A stretch of DNA of 64,000 nucleotides, taken from Nemertoderma westbladi. Taxonomy: Eukaryota; Animalia; Xenacoelomorpha. Below are positions 23,301 to 33,070 of this stretch, piece after piece. The stretch's first letter is position 1. The number at the start of each line of letters is the position of its first letter. The position numbers and the translations under genes are program-made. The stretch lies in assembly GCA_032718475.1 (NCBI GenBank), contig JAUCBJ010002601.1, forward strand, positions 1 to 64,000, given 5' to 3'. Under the pieces are notes generated by a model that saw only the letters and a list, made by a program, of their open reading frames with translations, ran no database searches and was not told the origin of the DNA.

Positions 23301-25414
23301 TTTTGCTGCACTTCTTGCAACTCTAACCTACTTTCCTTTACGGTTCCCTTTAACTGTTGAACAGTCCCTTCTAACTCTCGGACCTGTTGGGAGGAGCGCA
23401 CTCGATTCTCCTCCATCTTTTCGAGGAGAATGTCCATCCCCCGCCGTCTCTCGTCCACCCAATCAACCGCCGAAGCGGGATCCGCCAACGTCGTAGCGGG
23501 CAGACGAGGGACTACGGGCGATATATCCTTTATATTTCGCTCGGAGTCCAGGACCGACACTGTTTCAAGGGCTGTTCCTCTAGGCACAGATAATTTGGTG
23601 CTGTGTAAAGGGAATTTAAAGGTAGGTTCTGGGAGTACAGGTGTCTCTATCACCGAAGGGGTGATTTCAAGAACAGGCCTAATTATTTCAGGCTCATCTA
23701 CTATAGTAGGGAGTCTTTCTATTTTAATTATTTGGTCTGTGGGTTCTGTACTACCTAAGTTTGTGTTATTTAGTTGCCTTCTAACAGCTGGGGGCAAATC
23801 AGGCAATTTCTGACGGTGGGACATTCTTTTACGTCTGCTTAGGCGAGATCGATTTCCTCCTCCTTCAGGATCGGTGGTATCGCCTTCCTCAGATGATGTA
23901 TAACCCTGTCTTTTGGGAGTAGATCGATTCATCATCTGCATATTACTAGCTGTTAACTGTTTACTGAAGTCGTCTTGCTTCTCTTGAAGATTTTCCAACT
24001 CCAGTTGGGCGATCTCTTCAGCCGCTCTCCGTTCTGCTTCTGCCACCGCTATCTTTCTTTCCGCTTCTGCCGCTGCTGCCGCTTTTGCCTCTGCCGCTGC
24101 CGCCTTTGCCTCTGCCGCTGCCTCTGCCGCTGCCGCTTTTGCCTCTGCCGCTGCCTCTGCCAAGGTCGCTTTTCTTTCTGCCTCTGCCACTGCCGCCTTT
24201 CTTTCTGCTTCTGCCACTGCTGTTGCCGCTGCTGCTATCTTTCTGTCTTCTATACGTTTTTTCTTTACTTGTTCTTCTTGAACCTTGGCGATGCGGATAC
24301 TTTCATTGAATTTAGCTTGGTTCGCAGCTAACCTATCCACATCGATTGCGTCCAACACACGCTGGGCTCCTTCACTATTAGGGCTAAGTCCCTCTAGCCT
24401 TCTCCTCAGCTCTTCATCACCTACAAAACGTTGATAGTCCGACAGATAGATATCAATAGCATCCCTCTTATGCGGTTTCTCTGCTGTCGCTTCATTCTCA
24501 ACTTGGGAAAATGTAGCGTCTGTTGATTCTCCATGGGTTGAGCGCTCATCTAGTTGGGCTTTCCACTGAGCCGTTCCTTGAACCTGGAGACTCACCTTTT
24601 GAAACCAAGTCTTTACAGCAACTTGCAATGACGTGTCTTGTCTTCTTTTAGAAGCCTCCTCAAAGGCTGATAAGATTAGCCTGATTCGTAGAATTCTTTC
24701 TCTAACTTGATAAAGCAGTTGTCCCTGCTCTTGAGGTCCTTGGTGTTGTTGAAACAGTTGTTTTTCTACTCGCTCCATAGAGCTGAAGAATCCCTGTGCG
24801 TATCCGGCTGCGGACCTCTTCCACACAGCTGGATCGGTGGTCTCCTTGGCTACTCCCATCCGGTGTATGTCTTCCCAGGCAGCTTCTGATAAATCAAACG
24901 GGAGTCCGGGTCCGGGGAAGTTCCATTGCGACTCGACCATAGACTTCAGTTCTTCCCTTGTGTATCCCTCATAACTATCTTTAGTCGATCGCTTACTTCT
25001 CGCCCAATCGATCTGGTGTTCTTCCACCGCGATCAATAACCTAGTGAGTACGGCTGCAGGCAGGATGAGAAGGGGATCCGAATAAACCGCATCCATCATC
25101 TTTGCTCCGCGCTCGGGTGTCAGCTCTACAGTATCTTCACTACTGGAGCTGTTGGGCCGCTGAGAAATAAGTTCTTGGCTCGCGGGTTGTTGCTGTTCCG
25201 CTGCTTCTTGGTCCCGCTTGACCTGGGCTCGAGTGCCTATGATAGACCTATGGTGTTGGACCAGCCTAGGTTCTGTTATTACTACTGGAGGGATGACCTT
25301 CCTCACAGTGGGAGGTGAACTGAACTTAGGTGTAGGCGGTTCTACACCCTTATCTGAATCGCATATAGTTACATCTAATAAACTGTCTGACAGGTTCTGC
25401 TTAGTATCAGACAT
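20384..25414 (-). CDS. gag: BEL/Pao Gag-protease polyprotein with RNase H/linker remnant (1676 aa from ATG); no RT or integrase
   Basis: Same domains as element 1 (CVLCDGPH, CYNCLRRGH, CAKCGAKHH, ALLDSGS, WRYCPKKFNPTDIASRG), plus the YSSWNRLCKAVVY post-RNase H motif, a 177-aa N-terminal insert and expanded AEAKAAA repeats. Confidence 0.92.
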   Translation of the reverse strand: MSDTKQNLSDSLLDVTICDSDKGVEPPTPKFSSPPTVRKVIPPVVITEPRLVQHHRSIIGTRAQVKRDQEAAEQQQPASQELISQRPNSSSSEDTVELTPERGAKMMDAVYSDPLLILPAAVLTRLLIAVEEHQIDWARSKRSTKDSYEGYTREELKSMVESQWNFPGPGLPFDLSEAAWEDIHRMGVAKETTDPAVWKRSAAGYAQGFFSSMERVEKQLFQQHQGPQEQGQLLYQVRERILRIRLILSAFEEASKRRQDTSLQVAVKTWFQKVSLQVQGTAQWKAQLDERSTHGESTDATFSQVENEATAEKPHKRDAIDIYLSDYQRFVGDEELRRRLEGLSPNSEGAQRVLDAIDVDRLAANQAKFNESIRIAKVQEEQVKKKRIEDRKIAAAATAVAEAERKAAVAEAERKATLAEAAAEAKAAAAEAAAEAKAAAAEAKAAAAAEAERKIAVAEAERRAAEEIAQLELENLQEKQDDFSKQLTASNMQMMNRSTPKRQGYTSSEEGDTTDPEGGGNRSRLSRRKRMSHRQKLPDLPPAVRRQLNNTNLGSTEPTDQIIKIERLPTIVDEPEIIRPVLEITPSVIETPVLPEPTFKFPLHSTKLSVPRGTALETVSVLDSERNIKDISPVVPRLPATTLADPASAVDWVDERRRGMDILLEKMEENRVRSSQQVRELEGTVQQLKGTVKESRLELQEVQQNIALERDKLVNLQKGILPPPVTMCQPVRSEVSHAQGVEPTCIYTASEVETPIVNPIKSNYRPVDNDIPYRPDHNPRNLYTDNSILNNTMAQESFTRQMARTEARQAVKVGEIVKFNGDEMKWLPFNEYYKDNIQNSVLSNGEKLRFLIECLEGSPKLMALKFIGHPDGLRQVWDTLNIRYGNRNNIARYLYAKLMAPRKFLSSGIIEFSDEIQEICRQLDWLGKSHEYQNSMVVGALASTLPKGGVGTRWDKKVLYMMEQQRRDPTMADLMSFLDGEVKLQLLRQSREKTLENKVSEKPISRRRVTPVCYTDDGESQTSQGEDSGKDTERSYYVNKTPKDQVSKFKSRPNDRREQVRKTPPTSPKRIQVRKPEERTNVHHTAHVKVSNIKPKCVLCDGPHRLSACDEFLRKSLKDRREVMWDKRLCYNCLRRGHQRRTCYSDVRCAKCGAKHHILLHTEFERSSPSQVSESEQLHVQFSDVNDTDQSEMEGFYTDEFSDQNESCYLINTTAVYRALMYEKDTDSDLTLTTSDQQQSWKAPTSNVGIREFPVVQLRVHGPQKSYIVNALLDSGSTGTFIDKEQAEDIFAGQPKFRTKLNMSGIMQVWKSAVAADYYIGELSTPQDKLGEHSIRSVKMVAIKNFATTQVEPYNWDEDDHAQQLNIPRFDTDYPGVQILIGQNAHEALETLEKRPAQPQPLQTYAVRTRVGWYLTGPSRRTLRERLLQDRVCQVSEWEDDTSEGDDPTEGTPYSSDNDDISSNVDQWRYCPKKFNPTDIASRGATPQELTDTTDRLGEPDFLSKEDEWPPHLTPTEIRPAKGAEKVKPKTRTGGSELFEPGIDLSVLHIARDDAVDLDLPTASGSFMKIRESDWSSGTSDVSQGLSPLLQGATDHYSSWNRLCKAVVYLERCFYRHYSRTKRKPGIVFGMQRLNHPVGRLCLPEGNGGLSGNCGRQDSLPTTTSLILQTSRDSIT

Positions 25415-26744
25415 GTTTGTTTGCACAGTTGAATGTCTACTGCTATATTACAGTCTAAGTAAGTCTAGTAATTCAGTATTAACTGCTAGCCTAGTAATTA
25501 ATTACCGATACTGCTACTCAGTGTAGCGTGATATATAATATATTAGTATACCGGTATGCTTATAGTATATATAAGTATTATTACAGACTAGTTTATCACA
25601 GAATACCGGTAGGTAATTTTAGCACAAATATATATAAATATATAATAGGCCTATCGTGAATACCGGTATGCAGTTTACACTTATAGTGTATATATATAAG
25701 TATAATTACAGACTAGAATTAATTACAGAGTACCGGTATGATTTCAACCTAAAATTTATAGAAATAAATATAATAAGCCTATTGTAATACCGGTATGTCA
25801 ATTATTTTAAATAATTGAATTTCTGAATTTTAAGGGTTACTTGGTTACTTTAACTTACTTTATTACCGTTATTTAAGCAGTAGTCCAACTGATGTTGAGA
25901 CCTAATTGTTGTATGGCAGGCCTACTATTTATAAATCGTTTGAGTTGATTTATAATATATATATACCCGTTGAAATGGGTTTTTTCAATGTTGAAATAAA
26001 TGTTATTATTTCTGGGGGAGTCACTACACATAAGCAGTGCGCTCTCAGTGGAGTGCTACTTGTTAGACACTAAAACAAATAATTCTAATTTACCTAAGTT
26101 ACTTAATACTACAAATTACGTACAATTCGGGTTGAGATTACAATCTCTAAATAAACACAAAAAATTACAAATACGAAATTTTAGGGTAATTTTACAGGGA
26201 ATCTACAAACCAGCCTAACAAAGGGTTAGAATATCTGGTTATTACAACGGACAGGTTACTACGGTATTTGAAAATAATAAGTAGTAGTAAATATACTGCG
26301 CTGTCCAGATAGGAAAATACCACCGCCTGACGACCTATAACCGTATCGCTATAGGTACTACGTTATGTATCACGGAGTGTCCCTACCTAGAAGTTAATTA
26401 CCGCGGTCTACCAGAACCAACGTGCCTATTAACCACTTTACAACACAAATACACTGCCTACACACTAATTGCTTTCGGAAAGTACTGTACACTAAACCCT
26501 AAATTAGGTACAAGTACTTGTACAACAAATAATTAGTAGTTAAAAATACTTGAACAGCTAAAAGAACCACGGCATCTGCTGGAGTGACCGGTGCACAAAA
26601 TCACCAGTCTTTACCTACGCCGAGCAGCCCTGATGTAGTACCGGGGTTAGTTTAACTATAAAGGTATGTATAACAAACACAATTACTGTAGGAACAAACT
26701 TGGGGAATGAATGTTGCGAATAATCACATAAACTCTGAATAATA

Positions 26745-27320
26745 AATATTACGCTATGCGTACAAACTACTCAAACAAAATGCAGACCAAATACTGACAG
26801 ACTACTATCAAGCCTAAACAAACTACGGTATATGCAGACTCCAAAATGATTAGTTAGTATGCGTTCTAACCCAGTAGTACGACTTATTCTTTCACAGGGG
26901 GTTTACCTCACAGCACTTGAAGCCCCTACTTTACTAACTTAGCACTTTATCGGACAGATGCTCTACACACACCGAAATTTCCTCAAACCCAACAACAGCC
27001 AGACAACTATCCAGCCTACAAATTATCTAAATAAAATTATACGCTACCCGTACAGACTACACAAACAAAGTACAGACCAAACGCTGGCAGACTACTATCA
27101 AGCCTAAATAAACCACAGGACATGCAGACTCCAAAATGGTTAAGTAGTATGCGTTCTAACCCAGTAGTACGACTTATTCTTTAGATGGGGGTTTACCTTA
27201 CAGCTATGGCTGCCCCTACTTCCTAACCGTTCTTTATCGGACATACACTCTACATGCACTGCAATCCGTTCAGACCAAATCAACAGTTAGCCAACAGTCA
27301 AGCCTACAAATTATCTGTAC
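26745..27320. repeat. ~290-bp tandem duplication in the 5' leader of element 2
   Basis: cagactactatcaagcctaaa...tagtatgcgttctaacccagtagtacgacttattcttt is present twice. Confidence 0.82.
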
Positions 27321-27614
27321 AATCTGAGCAGGCTTACACGCCTTCTGCTCAATACTGGCCTACAAATAAATAAAACTGACAGAAATAAGTAAGCTCCAAA
27401 AGAAACAAGGGGTGTACAGTCCCTAATCTCTTAAACAGCCTACCGGTATACAATACCACAGTCGAATAATACTGTTGTACCTGTACTACTGTAGGTACCG
27501 GTCCGGATGATCAGGCAGTCAGGCCTACTGGTTACCGGTCAACCGGTACTTTCGACTAGATTGCTTACACCGCAATCCAGAAGCAATATCTGTTATTGTT
27601 TCTGGATTAGATCA

Positions 27615-27625
27615 ATATCTGTTAT
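27615..27625 (-). promoter_or_regulatory. Non-tRNA primer-binding site of element 2 (ATAACAGATAT), complementary to LTR 28345-28355
   Basis: Abuts the 5' LTR, has no TGG, and forms a perfect 11-nt inverted match to the LTR. A second copy lies at 27586-27596. Confidence 0.7.
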
Positions 27626-28790
27626 TGTTTGCGCTTTTAAGACCTTTGACAGTTTAACCTGCCAAATTAGGATGTCTTTTAGATGATATATATTCTTTAG
27701 CTTATGACGAGTATTTGATACACTACATTAGCCGAAGCCAGTCTATGCGCAATCATTCACCCGTTGGATATACCCGGGAGACTGAGTTCGGAGCTTAATG
27801 ATTGATGGTGTAAGCCTACCGTATTATTCGACTGATCGTAATATATAATCTCTGACAAATATTATTCACTTTCGGGAAATATTAACAGTTCCTTTAGGAC
27901 GTGGCGCTCTAAATATGTAAACAGAGTTATGACTTAAACTAGACACAACGAAAAGGCTATAGATTTACGTATATGGCACATTCTTTAGGAGATGCTTTGT
28001 TATCAGTTACAATCATACACAATGCTGCACAATACTGCACACTAATCTGCCGACCTTCACTAAATTTAGTCACGTATAAAGAGAGCAACAGACAATTTAT
28101 GTTGGGCATATGAAATAGCATTAGATTCACTGCAAACCACTTAACATAGGTCGCAATCGTTTATCTGTAACCGGTCTCTCTAACCTTTAGTATATCAAGA
28201 AGGTGGGGTGTCTGACTATTGATCAGTATTCCGATATAATATTTCATCAACCAATATAATGAACAACCGACAGCAAAAGCAGTAATATTAGTAAGATATA
28301 AACAATAACACTGAACAGCATTGAATTGGTTTGTAAGTAGTTTGATAACAGATATACGTTCTATAATTAAGCCTACTAATGTAAAGCTAAAGAATGCTGA
28401 TATACGGAGGTGCCAAAAGCCGGTGTTCTTAGGCTCTGGGCAAAAACATAACACTGAACTACTGAGTTCTGTATCCACCTCCAACACAGAGACAAAAAAC
28501 GCTCTGATTGGTCAACCGAACAACGAGAGAACAAAGAAACAAAGAAATGTCGACGTGGCAATATCAGCTGCTTGCCGTCGTCATGGTAGCGACACTGTTT
28601 TCAAGAGTATCTAGCTTATCGCGTCACGAGATTGCGGATTATGTCCTCTAAAGTACAAATACAGAAGAAATGACTTTTATGTCCTCTAAAACACCAGTAC
28701 AGCAAGGACACGGCCTTTTTATGCCTGGTAAACCAACCACAGAGTACTTTACGGGGAAAATAACCGGCTAATTACGCAAAAGCTTTTACA
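27626..28790 (-). repeat. 5' LTR of element 2
   Basis: Near-identical to 15979-17143 and followed by the TSD ACAAT. Confidence 0.95.
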
Positions 28791-29734
28791 ACAATAACTT
28801 TGTCAAAAATAAACGAAATTCAACGAAATTTTTCATGCTTGCTAAACGTATAACTAGTAAAAAACTTTCTAGCAATTTTATTCATTTTGTCTACCGTGAG
28901 AGACTTTTTTTTTTATGAAAAGGGCCCCGTACAATTGCAAAATATAGTGCTGCTCGAGGGCTTTTCAAGAATCAGACTAAAAATCAGATCTTATGTTTTG
29001 GGTAATAACTTGAGTTTGAGAAAAAATATGAAAATACTGCTTGCAGATTTGAAATCTCCATTAAATTCGGCACATGATAGAATAAAAAAACTTTTTTGTC
29101 AATTTCCAAAATAGGGGGTGCTACTGTATCCCCCCCCCCCCCCTCCCCCTTTAATTACGGCTACCAATTAAAGAGCACCTAAATTCATGAAAATTTCACC
29201 ATAAAAATTATATTACAACAATTTAAATAATGTTACCAAAAAAAAAATTAATCAACACCAAATAAAATAAAGTCACCCAAATAAAATTATTCAAACACCA
29301 AAATAAAATTTTCAACACCAAAAACAATTATTCAACACCAAAATAAATAAATGCTCCCCAAAACCTATTTTTCCCTCCAAAATAAATTACAAAACCCAGA
29401 AAATAAATACAAATTTTCCCAAAATATATATATATTTTCCCCCAAAATAAATACATAATCCCCCAAAATAAATAAATAATACCCCAAAATAAATACATAT
29501 TTTCCCCAAAATAAATACGTATTCCCCCAAAATAATCAACTATTCTACCAAAATAAACAGACTCTCAGTTACAGACTTTCAGTTGTAGAATATTGTTACT
29601 ACTGTAGAATCTTGGGTGAGTACAAAACAAAGACCCAAGATTTTACTGCACGTTCTGTACAAAACAAAGAGGTAAAGTCGCGTTAGTACCCAAACAGCGT
29701 TATGTCCCAAAGAGCGTTAGGTCCCATTGCCATT

Positions 29735-29925
29735 TAAAGGAGCAGGTTAGTAAAGGAGCAGGTTAGTAAAGGAGCAGGTTAGTAAAGGAGCAGGTTAGTA
29801 AAGGAGCAGGTTAGTAAAGGAGCGGGTTAGTAAAGGAGCAGGTTAGTAAAGGAGCAGGTTAGTAAAGGAGCGGGTTAGTAAAGGAGCAGGTTAGTAAAGG
29901 AGCGGGTTAGTAAAGGAGCAGGTTA
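29735..29925. repeat. 16-bp minisatellite (taaaggagcaggttag), ~12 copies
   Basis: Directly visible tandem array. Confidence 0.92.
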
Positions 29926-30226
29926 TAGCGGAGTGTTGGAGGAACCAAAACAATAAACAAAAGTTAACACATGTTACAATACATGTTACATGTTCACAGA
30001 ATATGCTATTATATGGAAGTTATCTATTATTAAACTGTTTATGGGTCGTGCAATATCACGGTTCGCCGCTATGTGGCGAAATTGTTTCATCGTCAAGGCT
30101 TAATATCTGTTGAAGAACCTTTTTAAAAGTTTTTAAGTTTATTATAACTGGAAGTTATTTTTAACCTGCTGTAACTTTCCTTACTTCTTTTACATTTCAT
30201 TGACAAAGTTATGTTTATTATAATAG

Positions 30227-30459
30227 GCCGATGACAACGAGTCTAATGTTCGTGTTGCTAGGAGCTGCGTACAGCATTGGTGGCGTTGCTATAGGAGGAT
30301 TCTGTGACCGGTTTGGTTTTACGAAAGAAATATTTATAATTTCCTCGATAACTTTATTCCTGGGCCACCAGTTAATAGGACCAGCACCTTGGCTACCCAT
30401 CCCTAGGTCATTGATCTCAACTGGGACGGTGTTATTCGTTATGGGATTAGGAGTTGCAG
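30227..30459 (+). CDS. SLC18B1: SLC18B1-like coding exon 2
   Basis: Acceptor AG at 30225-30226 is in phase with exon 1 (GG+G). Encodes ..GGFCDRFG..LIGPAPWLP..MGLGVA. Donor CAG|GTTCGT lies before the TAG at 30471. Confidence 0.8.
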
Positions 30460-31489
30460 GTTCGTCATTGTAGCCAAGTGGTTTGGTTACATTTATACGG
30501 AAGGAACATTACGAAGGCCTATTAGTTTATTCCTTAAAGTTATATTGTATAACAATTATTATTATATTGCCCCTACACTCCGGTGTCCAGTCCAGTGGTA
30601 CATTGGCTGCACAAACTTTAAACCAAACATAATATTTCAAATTTACCGATATTTCTGCCTTTTTAGTTTTTATAGACAGTGTTGGTGGTGGGAATAAAAG
30701 TTGAAATTAAATAAAAAAAATTGGCCACTTATATTGTCCGAAAATCTCACAATAAATATTTTTAGCGTTGAAAAATAACTACAGTATTTACATTACTTCG
30801 GAAGGTTTGACCAATGTGAACTGGATACCTTAGACCACACCTACATACTGTAGTTTTGTGGGTGGGTTAAATATTGTAAATATAGTACCCGTTACGGACT
30901 GACATGCAAATGGACAAAGAAAAATTACCCAATTGTATTTTGACAAATTCTCTTGAAATGTTTAACGCCATACGTTATAACTTTCACAATGCGAGGTAGA
31001 TACATCAAATTTTGTAAATTTGTAAGTTAATAGCAGAAACATATGGTGGTAAACCTCATTTATAGAGAAATTGTTCGTTACGGACTCACAGAAAAAAATG
31101 TTACGGACTCACACTTGAAATCGTTATGCACTCGTTATATATTTTAGAAAAAAAGAGCAACGACCAATGAATGTTTATGGTATTTATTCAATAAATATAT
31201 TTATTGCTTATATACTGTACCTTTAATAACGTACCTTAAGAATCACTATTAGATATATCTTTAGTAGTGTTCATATTTTGAGTAGGCATATTTGGTGTGT
31301 GTATAGTAGTGTATATTTAATATCCTATAAGTTCATATGACCATAATTTGTTAAAATGACCAATTTCTAATTCTTTAACAACATAAATACCACGTTCACG
31401 GAAAATTTTTTATACTGGAAAATAAATTTTGAACAGTATTTCGTTGTATTTATGTTTTACGATCACTACTATCATTGTACTTAAGTTAT

Positions 31490-31700
31490 TCCACCTTGGC
31501 GTAGTTGGTTAAATCGGTGGCATTTAAATCACATCTCTCCTTGGGTCGTGGGTTCGATCCCATCATGAGGGCTAGGGTAGTTTTCGTTTCGGCACGAATA
31601 CTTTAAAGACAATAAAGAGACTTATTAGCCAGGGCGCATCTCTTTCTTCCGTAAATGGTAGCTAAATGAGAACTGGAGTTTCCTCTGGGGAATATAGGAG
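31490..31700 (+). mobile_element. tRNA-derived SINE head (degenerate)
   Basis: A box TGGCGTAGTTGG (31497-31508) and B box GGTTCGATCCC (31551-31561). No clean cloverleaf; 3' limit uncertain. Confidence 0.55.
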
Positions 31701-32952
31701 GGGACCGCACTGGAAATAATTATTGAGACTTTGTGCATAATCCCTGGCCTAACAGAACGATTTCTTTGTATCACAATCCATCATTCGCTCACTCGTTTCA
31801 TGAAATCTTGGAGAACTTCGAGGGTATCATACTATACCATCTTGGTCAGTAACTTCTGTCATCCGTGATATATGCCGTTTGGCCCTTTCGGCCCAGAAAT
31901 GTGAGTATTAGACGTAAGAGACAGGATTAAACGGGCGCAATGAAGAATGTCGTACATTAGGATGATGTATGAATGAATACGTTCGAATGTACTGTCGATG
32001 GACAGTTGCCAGACTAAAAGGAGCTGAATACTTTCAGTTTACATAGTGAATAATGTATACAAAGCAGAATGATTCTTACCTAACCTACCGCGTGGTGAGT
32101 CCGTAGCGAAAAATTTGTGAGTCCGTAACGCTATTCTTAAACAGTTCAGCTGCAATACAGACCATAGAGACCTAATGGATGGTTTTGATTGGTTGTAAAC
32201 CCAAAGGAAAATGATTGTCAGTGCAATACACATGCGGGGTGTACTCCAAATTAAAACTGTAAGTACTTTTCGTTACGGACTCACATAATTCTGTAGGCCA
32301 AATCTAAAATTTTTGAAACTTTGAATACACAATGCTATTCTGTCAATATTCAAATTTTTATCATCAATAGCTTCTAATAAATGTTGAATTTTCGGTTGGT
32401 GTAATTACCCGTCATAATCAGACAATTTCAATGGTAGTAAGATTATGTCAAAAATGACATGTAATAATTTCTACAAATTTGAAAATACGTAAAAAATTTT
32501 CCTCATATTCAATAATGAAAAACCAGTTGTTACCCTCAAAAAAATTAAGAATCAGTCACTTTTATTAAAAATTTAATTCTTTCTCGTCATTTTGATACCA
32601 AAATTATGCTGATTAGATGACTTTTTATTTTCGACATAAGTGTTACATCAATGGTGGAATTGCCCTTCGGTGGTATTTACTTACGCCTTTCATAAATAAT
32701 TTAATTAACTATTATTTTATTCAGGTGTGTATTTAATATATATCACAAATTTTTATCGCAATTTCAAACATAATGATCTGAAATAAAAATTATCTAAAAA
32801 AAAATCTGTAATCATTAACCAATCCAAGGTCCAGGGTGGCAGTTCAAAGGTGTTCCTACAGTAGTGTAAGTATTAGAAATACTAATCCCGACCCCACGAT
32901 TTGGGTAAAGCCCAGTATCACTACAATATCTAAAATTACGTTTTAAATTAAG

Positions 32953-33070
32953 GTGGATTTATACCGGCCGCCCAAGATATGATCACTGAATGTGTTAGTG
33001 TAGGGATGCCAAACGATATGGATACGTATTCTTTTGTAATAGGGATATTTCTCGCAATGTTCGGGATCGG
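32953..33070 (+). CDS. SLC18B1: SLC18B1-like coding exon 3 (too short for the ORF track)
   Basis: taag|GT...GG|gttagt. Encodes GGFIPAAQDMITECVSVGMPNDMDTYSFVIGIFLAMFGIG; phases match both neighbouring exons. Confidence 0.82.

Larger units (their letters stand above)
15979..28790 (-). mobile_element. BEL/Pao LTR retrotransposon, element 2 (non-autonomous, Gag-PR only, recent insertion)
   Basis: Two 1165-bp LTRs with only two differences seen by eye. 5-bp TSD ACAAT (15974-15978 and 28791-28795). PPT and Gag-PR ORF present. Confidence 0.95.
15412..29150. mobile_element. Putative TTAA-type (Kolobok-like) non-autonomous DNA transposon of ~0.9 kb, split by LTR element 2
   Basis: Right end ...CCCCT followed by TTAA (29151-29154); left end ctaa|tGGGG.... 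The TIR is obscured by poly-G/C expansion. Confidence 0.4.

Noticed and set aside
30460-30473. Apparent premature TAG in MFS exon 2, suggesting a pseudogene
   Set aside because: A CAG|GTTCGT donor 11 nt upstream joins in phase to exon 3, giving GLGVAGGFIP, so the stop is intronic.
31490-31570. Functional tRNA gene
   Set aside because: A and B boxes are present but I could not build convincing acceptor or anticodon stems; treated as a SINE head.
30570-32670. DNA-transposon remnant in intron 2 (cgttacggact repeats in both orientations, end ...gaattgccctt)
   Set aside because: Probably TE-derived, but I could not find a matching second terminus or TSD, so it is not annotated.
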